From: Acidobacteriota bacterium
GTDB taxonomy: Bacteria > Acidobacteriota > UBA6911 > RPQK01 > JAJDTT01
Reading direction: 5' to 3'
Assembly (NCBI GenBank): GCA_965263035.1
Contig: OZ253580.1
Location: 1,920,001 to 1,984,000, forward strand
DNA length: 64,000 bases
The notes beneath the pieces were generated by a model. It searched no databases, was not told the DNA's origin, and saw only the letters and a list, made by a program, of their open reading frames with translations. Position numbers and translations under genes: made by a program. Below, piece after piece: positions 39,103 to 48,323 of the stretch. Every line of letters starts with the position of its first letter. Positions within the stretch are counted from its first letter, which is position 1.

Positions 39103-39989
39103 TCCTGGGACTGAAGACCATCTACCCGAAGCCGAGAACCAGCACGGCCCGGCCGGAACACCGCGTCTACCCCTATCTGCTCCGGGGCCTGAAGATCGAC
39201 GAACCCCATCAGGTCTGGTGCGCGGACATCACGTATATCCCGGTCTACAAAGGGTATTTGTACCTGGTGGCGGTGATGGACCGGGCCAGTCGGTACGTAC
39301 TGTCGTGGCGGTTGTCCAACACCCTGGACAGCGAGTTCTGTGTCGAGGCTTTGGAAAGGGCGCTCTCCCAAGGGGTCCCGACGATCTTCAACACGGATCA
39401 GGGGGCGCAGTTGACGAGCCGGGTGTTCACCGAGCGGGTGCAGGCGTCCGGGGCGCGGTGCTCGATGGACGGTCGCGGTCGTTGCCTGGACAACGTGTTC
39501 ATCGAACGGCTGTGGCGGTCGCTGAAGTACGAAGCCGTGTACCTGCGGGAACTGGTGGACGGATTCGAGGCGTCACGGGTGATCGGGGAGTGGATGGAGT
39601 TCTACAACGGGGAGCGGCCGCACTCGGCGCTGGGTGGGCGGACCCCACGGGAAGCTCACCACGGGAGGGAGGCAGCGTGAAGTCGGGACACCGGAGCTCC
39701 GGATACGCCCTGGGGAGCGTCGAGTCAAGCCTCCGGCTCCTCCGCCTCGCTGCGGCCCTTCGGGTGACTCGACGCTCCCCAGGGCGTGAAGATCTGTCAT
39801 GGCCGGAAGGGGACTTCCGGCCCTCTCGGACCGGAAACGACCACTTACATCACCACAACCAAGCGGCAAGCTGGCGTCGCTCGGCGGCGCCATGTCCCCT
39901 GGATTTGAGGGCGGAATTTCACTATCGGAGTCTACTTTTCCCTACCTTAATTTGGCCCTCAAATGGTCCAACGAACCAGGACCGCCTCA
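39103..39989 (+). mobile_element. IS3-family remnant (OrfB integrase core plus right end)
   Basis: VWCADITYI, YLVAVMD, FNTDQGAQ, DNVFIERLWRSLKYE and YNGERPHSAL; ends ..GGACCGCCTCA. The 5' half is missing. Confidence 0.88.
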
Positions 39990-40303
39990 GGGCAGTTATC
40001 TTCTCTCTTCCTCGTCCGATGACTGGAAGCCTGAAAACGCCCGGAAAGACACGCTGTCACCAGAGCCGGACTTGGCCGGCCCTCTTCTCGGCCCGTTCCC
40101 GCTAGCGCGCTTGGCTCCTCACATACGCGAGGAACGCATGGGACCGATCGGCTGGTCGATCCGTGAGAATGCCATAGCGGCGACCGTATACCGTCCGCGC
40201 CGCCCGCAGTGGCTGATGAAGACGGCAGATGTTGTACTCGACGGCGCATGGTACGGGTATGGACACCGGTTGAGCCGTCTCCTGGAATCGTAAAAAATGG
40301 GCC

Positions 40304-40807
40304 ATGATGACCGACTACCTCATCCGGCCTGAGACGGACGGCGACCGGGAGGGAATCACAGGGCTTCTGCTCGCGGCTTTCCCCACTTCCTCCGAAGCCC
40401 GCCTCGTGCAGCGACTCCGCAAGGACGGCGATGTCGTGTTCTCGCTGGTCGCCGTGGAGGCTTCGGATGTCATCGGCCATGCCCTTTTCTCAAGACTGCG
40501 CGCACCGGACGCGGCGCTCTCCCTGGCGCCGGCCGCAGTCGCGGCAAACCGCCGCCGCCGGGGGATTGCCGCCGCAATGATCGAGGCTGGACTTGAACGG
40601 GCAAGGGCGGAGTGCTGGGCGGCAGGCGTCGTGCTTGGCGATCCGTCCTATTACCGGCGCTTCGGTTTTAGCCGGAAGGCTGTGCGGGGCATGTCATGCC
40701 GATATGCCGGGCCGGGTCTGATGGGCCTCGCCCTCTCCGGGGACGGCCTGGACGGACCGCGTATCGAACATGCGTCCGCCTTCTCATCGATCCGGGATTC
40801 CAACTGA
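40304..40807 (+). CDS. GNAT family N-acetyltransferase (duplicate of 33400..33903)
   Basis: Identical 167-aa translation. Confidence 0.88.
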   Translation: MMTDYLIRPETDGDREGITGLLLAAFPTSSEARLVQRLRKDGDVVFSLVAVEASDVIGHALFSRLRAPDAALSLAPAAVAANRRRRGIAAAMIEAGLERARAECWAAGVVLGDPSYYRRFGFSRKAVRGMSCRYAGPGLMGLALSGDGLDGPRIEHASAFSSIRDSN

Positions 40808-40929
40808 GACACTGCCCTCGGGTGAGAATGCCGACCGCGTACCGCAACCGGGAATTTGCGGTGGATCTTGCCCATCCGCCCCAGAGCGGTAGAGTCCTCG
40901 TCAAGTTGACCCCAGGTTTGTCAAATCCC

Positions 40930-41376
40930 TCAGTCGATCTCGAACGTTACTGAAGTGCGGACGGAGTTGGCGATGAAACACTCCTTGTGTGCAAGTTCGT
41001 GGATCTTCTCCAACCCTTCGGGAGATGGTGGCAGGGATCCAAAGGAGACCTTGGGATGGAGAACCACACGAGTCACGGCCAACTTCCCATCCGCGTTCTT
41101 CTCCAGGAATCCTACCGCTGCATCCTGGTAGCGATCCACGACCAGCCGCTTTCGAGCAGCGATCGCGAGAAAGGTGAGCATATGACAACTCGCGAGTGAC
41201 GCAACATATGCCTTTTCGGGATCGACCAGGTTCGGATTCCCAAAGAAGGCGGGCGCTGCGGACGCACTGACTCGAACCCCACCCTCAAACTTCCAAGTGT
41301 GATCGCGGGAGTAGGACCGGTACTTGAATTCGACAGAGCCCCTTTCCCATTCCACTGTCGCGTGATGCTCCGACAT
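40930..41376 (-). CDS. OsmC/Ohr family protein
   Basis: YSRDHTW, VDPEKAYVASLASCHMLTFL and AHKECFIANSV (two Cys). ATG 41376. Confidence 0.92.
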   Translation of the reverse strand: MSEHHATVEWERGSVEFKYRSYSRDHTWKFEGGVRVSASAAPAFFGNPNLVDPEKAYVASLASCHMLTFLAIAARKRLVVDRYQDAAVGFLEKNADGKLAVTRVVLHPKVSFGSLPPSPEGLEKIHELAHKECFIANSVRTSVTFEID

Positions 41377-41660
41377 GTCTCGATTCCTCTGATCTGTGGT
41401 GAAATTACCTTTCCCGTCCTCCACGGCCGATTTCGGCTGGGAGCCCCACAAGACGACCCCTCTTCAAACGCGATGACAAATGCGAGGCTAAGGCCCTATA
41501 CCCTACTCCCTTGCCCCGACCGAGATCGCCGATCGCAGGCCTCGTCATGCACTCGATTATTTCGTGGACCCAGCTTGACTGAAATCGCGTGGTGCAGTCG
41601 CCAAGTCCCGACTCGCCGCCGCGCTTGAAGCCCTGGAACATCCGGCGCATCATGATCGCC

Positions 41661-44600
41661 ATGAGACAAATTTCATTTTCCCGTATTCAACCGGCTGCGA
41701 TTCAGCCTCAGACAGTCCAACCCGCGAATCGAAGCAGGCTCCACGGGTTTCTGATGCTCGTGACTCTGCTTCTGCCTCTCGCCTGCACGGGCGGTCCGGA
41801 TGAGGAACGGGAAGAGTGGCGGCGGATCACCGATATCTCCAGAAATCCGGATCAGCTCCGCGAGTACCTGAAACCGATACCGGCGCTGGATCCGGCCGAA
41901 TCCCTGAAGACCATCGAGGCCGCCGAGGGCTTCCGGGTGGAACTGGCTGCCCACGAGCCTCAGGTGGTGGAACCGTTGTCCGCCACCTTCGACGAGAACG
42001 GGCGCATGTACGTGGCCGAGTTCTACGGCTACCCGCGCCAGCCGCGGCCCGGCGAGGCCGGCACGGGCCGGATTCGGATGTTGGAGGACCGGGACGGAGA
42101 CGGCTACTACGAAACGGCCCAGGTCTTTGCCGACAAGCTGGTCTGGCCCACCGGCGTGGCGGTCTGGAAAGGGGGGCTCTTCGTCTCGGCGCCGCCGGAC
42201 GTCCTCTACTTCAAGGACACGGACGGCGACGGCCGGGCCGACGTCCGGAAGCAGATCTATACCGGTTTCGGCGTCACCAACGAGCAGCAGATGCTCAACA
42301 ACATCATGTGGGGCGTCGACCACAAGATCTACGCCTCCACCGGCGGCAACGGCGGCTACATTCGTCCGGGAGGCCAGCCCGAGGCCGAGCCCGTCTCCGT
42401 CTACAACCGGGACTTCCGCTTCAGTCCGGTGAGCCTCGAAATGGAGCTCACCAACCAGACCTTTCAGTTCGGGTACACCTTCGACGAGTGGTTCAACCGC
42501 TACGTCTGCCGGGCGGGATCCTTCGGCCGGCATGTGGTCATGCCGCCCGGATACCTGGAGCGGAACCCCTACCTCTTCTTCGACCTCCACGGGTACCTGA
42601 CCATGGGTTCCATGGAGGTCAACCCGCTGACCCAGGGACGGCTCCCCATCTACCGGAGCAGCCCCATCGAACGGTGGCGCAAGATTCGGGAGGCCCGGCG
42701 GATCTTCGCGGGAAGAATCGCGCGGCTCGAAGAGGGCGGCCGGGAGAACTACCAGGAGTTCGCCGCCGCTTGGGCGGGAGTGAAAGTCTACACCGGACAC
42801 GCGTATCCGGAGGAGTACCGGGGCAATATCTTCACCGGAGCCGCCACTGCCAATCTGTTCCACCGGCGCGTCCTGGAACCCGACGGTGTCACCTTCAAAG
42901 CGGTTCGCCGCGAACCCGAAGGCAAGGAATTCCTTCGTTCCAGCCACAACTGGTTCCGTCCCATCAACTCGGTCAACGCTCCCGACGGGACTCTCTACGT
43001 GCTGGACATGTGCCGCGAACTGGTTGAGCACGGCCACGTCCCGGAACGGGTTCTCGAGCATCTGGATTTCTCCCGAGGTTCCGAACACGGACGGATCTAC
43101 CGGGTGGCGCCGCTCGATTTCAAGACGCCTCCGGCACCCCGGCTGGGCGAGGCCGGCATTCAGGAGCTGGTGGGACATCTGGAGCACCCTGGCGGCTGGT
43201 GGCGGGAGACGGCGCACCGGCTCATCTTCGAGCGCCAGGACAAAGCCGCGGTGCCGCTGCTGCGGCGCCTGCTGAAGGAGAGCGAGCGTCCGCTGGCCCG
43301 GATGCACTCCTTCTGGTCGCTCCACGGATTGGGCGCTCTCCGGAACGAGGACGTGGCCCGGGCGTTGTCCGATTCCTCCCCCGGGGTCCGGGAGCACGCC
43401 GTGCCGCACGCGGAGCAGCGGATGAAGCGTTCCGGACGGCTCTTCCGGAAGATCCTGGAGCTGGCCGGGGACGAGAATCCCCGGGTGCGCCTGCGGGTAG
43501 CCCTGGCTCTGGGAGAGATCGGGGACCGGCGGGTTCTCCCGGCCCTGGTGAAGATCGCCCGCAGCGATGCCGGAGACCGCTGGATCCGAAACTCGGTCCT
43601 GAGCTCCAGCACCCGCCTGGCCGACCGGCTCTTCACGAAGCTGGCGGACCTGGAAGAGTTTCAGCAGGAGCCGCTCGCGGGACAGTGGCTGCCTCCGTTG
43701 GCCCGCGTCGTCGGGGGCCGGGGCAAAGCCTCGGAACTCCGCCGTCTGACCCGAGCGGCGGCCACCCACGCAGCGCTGGCCTCACAGCCGGACCTGCAGT
43801 TGGCCATCGTGACCAGCCTCGCCGAGGGACTCGCCATCGACGGCCGGACTTTCACCCGCCTCAACAACATCCATCCGGCAGCCACCCGCATGATCCGCAC
43901 GCACTTCGAGGCCGCTCTCGCGGCGGCTGCCGACATTGAGGTCCCCGAAGAAAAACGCCTGGCGGCGATTCGGCTGATCCGGCACGCCACTCTTGAAGAG
44001 GTCCAGGAGGCCCTGACGAATCTGATCGATCCCCGGCAGCCCCAAGCGGTGCAGCTCGCCTCCATCGAGGCTCTGGCCGGCTACGACGATTCGGAGATCG
44101 CCCCGCTCCTGCTGGAGTCGTGGGGCGCCCAGACGCCCAAAGTCCGGGGCGGCGTCCTTTCGGGAGTGCTGTCGCGGGCGGAATGGACCCGCGCCCTGCT
44201 GGACGCCATCGAGTCCGAGACGGTGCCGGCCCACCAGATCGACGCCAAACGCCGCGAGCTCCTGACGAACCACAACGACCAGGGGATCCGCGACCGGTCT
44301 CTGCAACTCTTCGAGGCCTCCACGCCCGGTGACCGGCTGGAGGTTCTGGCCAACTACCAGGCCTCCTTGACGCTGCCGGGAGACCGGGGACGCGGCGAGA
44401 AGGTCTACCGCCGCGAATGCATCAAGTGCCATCGGTTGGGCTCCACCCGGCATCTGGTCGGTCCGAATCTTATCGTGGCCGGCTACCAGGACCGGGATAC
44501 GCTCCTGACCAGCATCCTGGATCCGAACCGGGTCGTGGAGCCCCAGTTCACCCAGTACGTGGTGACCGACCGGAAGGGCCGTCTCTACACCGGCCTCATG

Positions 44601-44873
44601 GCCCAGGAGACGGCAGCCAGCATCACCCTGGTGGAGAGCGAGGAGTTGCAGAACACTCTGCTGAGGAAGGACATCCATGAGATTCGAGCCACCGGGCAGT
44701 CCCTGATGCCGGAGGAGCTGGAAGAAACCATTTCGCAACAGGAGATGGCGGACCTGATGACCTTCATCCTGGACTACCAATACGATATCGGCGCCGAGGG
44801 CGGAGGTTACGGTCCCGGGGAGGAGGTCTACGGAGTGCCCCTCGAGACGCGCCGTTTCACCTCGGGGCCGTGA
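41661..44873 (+). CDS. PVC-type heme-binding membrane-bound dehydrogenase-like protein (beta-propeller, HEAT repeats, cytochrome c); start uncertain
   Basis: GFRVELAAHEP, EDRDGDG, WFRP..APDGTLYVLDM, HEAT-like repeats, CIKCH, ILDPN and SLMPE. Confidence 0.9.
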   Translation: MRQISFSRIQPAAIQPQTVQPANRSRLHGFLMLVTLLLPLACTGGPDEEREEWRRITDISRNPDQLREYLKPIPALDPAESLKTIEAAEGFRVELAAHEPQVVEPLSATFDENGRMYVAEFYGYPRQPRPGEAGTGRIRMLEDRDGDGYYETAQVFADKLVWPTGVAVWKGGLFVSAPPDVLYFKDTDGDGRADVRKQIYTGFGVTNEQQMLNNIMWGVDHKIYASTGGNGGYIRPGGQPEAEPVSVYNRDFRFSPVSLEMELTNQTFQFGYTFDEWFNRYVCRAGSFGRHVVMPPGYLERNPYLFFDLHGYLTMGSMEVNPLTQGRLPIYRSSPIERWRKIREARRIFAGRIARLEEGGRENYQEFAAAWAGVKVYTGHAYPEEYRGNIFTGAATANLFHRRVLEPDGVTFKAVRREPEGKEFLRSSHNWFRPINSVNAPDGTLYVLDMCRELVEHGHVPERVLEHLDFSRGSEHGRIYRVAPLDFKTPPAPRLGEAGIQELVGHLEHPGGWWRETAHRLIFERQDKAAVPLLRRLLKESERPLARMHSFWSLHGLGALRNEDVARALSDSSPGVREHAVPHAEQRMKRSGRLFRKILELAGDENPRVRLRVALALGEIGDRRVLPALVKIARSDAGDRWIRNSVLSSSTRLADRLFTKLADLEEFQQEPLAGQWLPPLARVVGGRGKASELRRLTRAAATHAALASQPDLQLAIVTSLAEGLAIDGRTFTRLNNIHPAATRMIRTHFEAALAAAADIEVPEEKRLAAIRLIRHATLEEVQEALTNLIDPRQPQAVQLASIEALAGYDDSEIAPLLLESWGAQTPKVRGGVLSGVLSRAEWTRALLDAIESETVPAHQIDAKRRELLTNHNDQGIRDRSLQLFEASTPGDRLEVLANYQASLTLPGDRGRGEKVYRRECIKCHRLGSTRHLVGPNLIVAGYQDRDTLLTSILDPNRVVEPQFTQYVVTDRKGRLYTGLMAQETAASITLVESEELQNTLLRKDIHEIRATGQSLMPEELEETISQQEMADLMTFILDYQYDIGAEGGGYGPGEEVYGVPLETRRFTSGP

Positions 44874-44888
44874 CATTAAGACGAGCGC

Positions 44889-44980
44889 TGGGAGCGGGGG
44901 TTTTTAACCCCCGATTGGGAGCGGCGGTTTCCAACCGCCGATTCTTGGGTTCATGGGGGACAAGAATGTCCCCCCTCCCA
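44889..44980. repeat. REP-like palindrome cluster
   Basis: TGGGAGCGGGGGTTTTTAACCCCCG, TGGGAGCGGCGGTTTCCAACCGCCG and GGGGGACAAGAATGTCCCCCCTCCCA. Confidence 0.7.
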
Positions 44981-45065
44981 GGGGATCCTGAACAAATTTC
45001 GCGCTACAAATTTTCGGCGAAACTCTGACTTTGATGTTCCGTCGCAAAAGGATCAGAATGCGAGA

Positions 45066-45299
45066 GTGTTTTCCGACCAGAAACGAACGATCATCTACTT
45101 TGACGCCGAAGTCCACCAGTCATTGCGACTTAAATCGATCGAGACTGGGCGGAGTCTCTCCGACTTTGTCAATGAGGCTGTCCGCCTCGCGCTAGACGAA
45201 GACTCTGAGGATTTAGCCGCATTCGAGGAAAGAGCCGCTGAAGAGAACATCTCGTTCGAAGACGTGGTGGAAGACATGGCACGGCGGGCCCTGATTTAA
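45066..45299 (+). CDS. CopG/ribbon-helix-helix protein (antitoxin-like)
   Basis: KRTIIYFD..HQSLRLKS..SLSDFVNEAVR..EDSEDLAAFEER..ISFEDV. Confidence 0.78.
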   Translation: MFSDQKRTIIYFDAEVHQSLRLKSIETGRSLSDFVNEAVRLALDEDSEDLAAFEERAAEENISFEDVVEDMARRALI

Positions 45300-45457
45300 C
45301 AGCCCGTGGCAAAAGTCATCACGGCATTCGACCGTCCCTGCATCCCGGCGGACGGCGTTGCGATTCGGGCACATACTCCCGGTATGCACCCGAATCGCGC
45401 CTTGTCCGGCGGCCGCAGGAACGGTCTCGGTGCTCGCGGGACTTTCACCACGGACTG
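45300..45457 (+). mobile_element. MITE family A, copy 2 (TTAA TSD)
   Basis: TTAA at 45296-99 and 45458-61; TIRs CAGCCCGTGGCAAAAGTC and GACTTTCACCACGGACTG. Confidence 0.92.
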
Positions 45458-45540
45458 TTAAGTCTCTGACCCGGCCATCGACCATAACGGAGAGCGAGAT
45501 GCGATTTCCTAAGAGGCCGACCGCCGGTCGCTGACGATTT

Positions 45541-48303
45541 ATGAAGACGATCACCACCCTCTGGACCCTGCTGCCGTTTCTCGTCACCTTGGAATTCGCT
45601 CAAGGCGCCGAGTTCAAGATCGTGCATGAGGGATTCGATAGCTTCTCCAAGGGCAGCTTCGAACATGCAGGACAGGACATCTACGTCTCCCGCGGCGGCC
45701 GCCTCCAGTTGATTCGACGCTGGGACCTGAACAACGACGGCTACTACGACCTCCCCTTCGCCAGCACCCACAACGTGATGGTGGGCAGCGTCGACGCTCT
45801 GGGCTACCTGCAGACCAACCGCGGTTACCGGTCGATCCTCTCGCCCTTGCACCGGTCCCTGGCCCTGTACGACCTGTGGCTGCAGGAGGAGAAGAGCCGC
45901 TCCAGCACGCTCCGGCTTGCGGCCGACCGCCCCAGCGCCGTCCTCTTCAGCGACGTCGATGGTGACGGCCATCCCGACATCGTCTTCGCTTCCTCGGGGC
46001 TGGGGGACACCCCCTTCTCCGACAGCCTCATCTACTGGGGGTCCGAATTCGGCTACCGGCGCGAGTCCCGCTCCGCACTGCCTACGGCGGGGGCCCGGGA
46101 CGTGGCCGTGGGAGACCTGAACCAGGACGGCCGGCAGGACGTGGTCTTCGCCAACCGGACAGGCCCGGGCCGGGCGAATCCGGGGTCCTACATCTACTGG
46201 GGGTCCAACGATTTCTATGGGGAACGTCATCGCAGCGCCGTGCCCACCGAGGGCGCCGTTGGCTGCCGGATCGCCGATCTGGACGCAGACGGCCACCCTG
46301 ACCTGGTCTTCGCCACCGCTGGCGAAGAGGGAGGACTCGAGATCTACTGGGGACGCGAGAAGGGGCCCGATCCGGAGTCGGCGGCGCGGTTTCAGATCCC
46401 CGGCCTGGTATCGCTGGAGACCGCCCGGACCGGGGATCGGACCACGGTGCTGGCAGCGCTGTCGCAGACGAAGCTGCAACTCTTCGAGTTCCAGTCCCGC
46501 CGGCCGGTCCTGCGGAAGACCGTGAACCGGGGCGGAGCGAGGGTCCGTCTGACGGACCTGGACGGGGACGGCAGGCTGGAGATCATCTTGGCCGGCGGGG
46601 ACGCCTCGGCGGTCATCTGGGGCAAGGACGGCTCGGAAACTCCCGTACCGACACTCAACGCCAGGGATGTGGCCGTCTCCGATCTCAACCGGGACGGCTT
46701 TCCCGAGCTCATCTTCGCCAACTACTCCGAGGGAACGTACGGCAACCTGGACGTCTCCTCTTATGTCTACTGGGGAAGCGTTCATGGGTATGCCGACGCG
46801 CGCCGGACTGACCTCCAGACCTTCGGCGCCGCCGCCGTGGCCGTCGGCGACCTGAACGGCGACAACCGGCAGGACCTGCTCTTCGGAAACACGGGAAGCG
46901 GGATCTCCGGGGGCAAGGACGAATTCGTCTACGTCTACTGGGGACGACCCCACCGCGGCTATTCTCCCGCCTTCGTCAGCCGCTATCCCTGCGTCATGGC
47001 CATGGGCGTCGCCATGGTCGATCTGGATGACGACGACCATGCGGAGTTGCTGGTGGCCAATTCGGGACGGCACTACTCGGGCTTGCCCGGAGCCAGCTAC
47101 CTGTACTGGGGGACCCCTGACGGACCCGCGGTGGAGAAACGCAGCGAATTCGACCTCAACGAGAACGGTTCCTGGGAGATCGCCGACCTGAATCGGGACG
47201 GCTGGCTGGACATCGTGGGATTCGATTTCGACACGCTTTTCCTCGCCTGGGGAGGCCCCCGGAAATTCTCGGATCCCGACCGCCAGATCCGGATTCCCGG
47301 CGTGGCCCACCTGGGCCAGAACTGCCGGCTGCTCGATATCGACCGGGACGGCTGGCTGGACATCCTGGCCGCCGACATCGGAAGTCCCTACAGCAAGATT
47401 CTGCTGGGCGGACCCGAAGGCTATTCGTCCGAACGGGTCCAACTGTTGAAGGAGCCGGGAATCGGCAACGTGGAGGTGGCGGACCTGGACGCCGACGGCT
47501 GGCTGGATCTGGTCCTGCTGCGGCCCTATTCCAGGGATGACGGGGTGGACCGGGCCGACTCCTGGATCAAGATCTACCATGGGAACGACCGCGGGCTGGA
47601 GACCGAACCCAGGTTCGAGTTTCCCACCGTGGGGGCCATCGACGTGGTGGCGGCGGACTTGAACGGGGACGACCGCCTCGATCTGGCCGTCTCCCAATAC
47701 GAGTCCCGCAGCCACCGGAAGCTTCCGGTCCTGCTCTTCTGGAACGACGAGCAAGAGGGATTTTCGGGGCGGCGCCGCACCGACCTGCCGGGCGAGTCCC
47801 CTTCGGCTCTGATGGCGGCGGACATGGACTACGACGGGCACACCGATCTGCTGGTGGTGAACCACAAGCTCTCGGTGGGCGAAGACAACCACAGTGCCGA
47901 GAGCTATCTCTACTGGGGCGCTCAGGACGGATTCTCGGTCGCGAATCGGAGCTACTTGCCGGCACCGGGCCCGCATTTTCTGCAGAACGTGGATGTGGGC
48001 AACCTGGCGACCCGGAAACCCGAAGCGTCCTTCACCTCGCCGGCGCTCGATTTTTCCGCATGGCCGAAAGAGGTCAAGCTGACCTGGCAGGGAGAAACCC
48101 CGCGAGGATCCCGGATCCTCCTTCTGGCCCGTTTTGCACCCGACCGCGGCGGTCTTGAGAACGCCGTCTGGAAAGCGGTCCCGGAATCCGGCCGGCTCTC
48201 GCGAGGGGAGGGTGATTCCTGGCTCCAATACCGGGCCACGCTGATCGCCGGTATGGGTTACGCCTCCCCCTATCTGACCCGGGTGACGATTCGGGCCGAC
48301 TAA
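45541..48303 (+). CDS. Secreted FG-GAP/VCBS repeat protein
   Basis: Signal peptide; many DLNxDGxxD(L/I)V and SYIYWG repeats. Confidence 0.88.
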   Translation: MKTITTLWTLLPFLVTLEFAQGAEFKIVHEGFDSFSKGSFEHAGQDIYVSRGGRLQLIRRWDLNNDGYYDLPFASTHNVMVGSVDALGYLQTNRGYRSILSPLHRSLALYDLWLQEEKSRSSTLRLAADRPSAVLFSDVDGDGHPDIVFASSGLGDTPFSDSLIYWGSEFGYRRESRSALPTAGARDVAVGDLNQDGRQDVVFANRTGPGRANPGSYIYWGSNDFYGERHRSAVPTEGAVGCRIADLDADGHPDLVFATAGEEGGLEIYWGREKGPDPESAARFQIPGLVSLETARTGDRTTVLAALSQTKLQLFEFQSRRPVLRKTVNRGGARVRLTDLDGDGRLEIILAGGDASAVIWGKDGSETPVPTLNARDVAVSDLNRDGFPELIFANYSEGTYGNLDVSSYVYWGSVHGYADARRTDLQTFGAAAVAVGDLNGDNRQDLLFGNTGSGISGGKDEFVYVYWGRPHRGYSPAFVSRYPCVMAMGVAMVDLDDDDHAELLVANSGRHYSGLPGASYLYWGTPDGPAVEKRSEFDLNENGSWEIADLNRDGWLDIVGFDFDTLFLAWGGPRKFSDPDRQIRIPGVAHLGQNCRLLDIDRDGWLDILAADIGSPYSKILLGGPEGYSSERVQLLKEPGIGNVEVADLDADGWLDLVLLRPYSRDDGVDRADSWIKIYHGNDRGLETEPRFEFPTVGAIDVVAADLNGDDRLDLAVSQYESRSHRKLPVLLFWNDEQEGFSGRRRTDLPGESPSALMAADMDYDGHTDLLVVNHKLSVGEDNHSAESYLYWGAQDGFSVANRSYLPAPGPHFLQNVDVGNLATRKPEASFTSPALDFSAWPKEVKLTWQGETPRGSRILLLARFAPDRGGLENAVWKAVPESGRLSRGEGDSWLQYRATLIAGMGYASPYLTRVTIRAD

Positions 48304-48323
48304 CCACTCCAGGAGAAGCAGAT

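Larger units (their letters stand above)
23252..40006 (+). repeat. Dispersed array of 11 same-strand hairpin repeats, consensus GAGAAGGGGACAGTTACCTTCTCTAC
   Basis: Copies at 23252, 23913, 25357, 25641, 27396, 32898, 33079, 34158, 34556, 38970 and 39990 (partial). Stem GAGAAGG/CCTTCTC. None was noticed outside this interval. Confidence 0.92.
38960..41053 (+). repeat. Duplicated block, copy 2 (interrupted by an IS3 remnant)
   Basis: See 32888-34149. The offset is 6072 before and 6904 after the IS3 remnant. Confidence 0.9.

Noticed and set aside
23252-40006. Hairpin repeats as a CRISPR array
   Set aside because: Spacing is 0.2-5.5 kb and irregular, with whole genes between copies, and there are no cas genes.
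23252-40006. Classical integron (intI/attC)
   Set aside because: The sites are too short and lack RYYYAAC/GTTRRRY boxes, there is no intact integrase, and the cargo genes lie on both strands.
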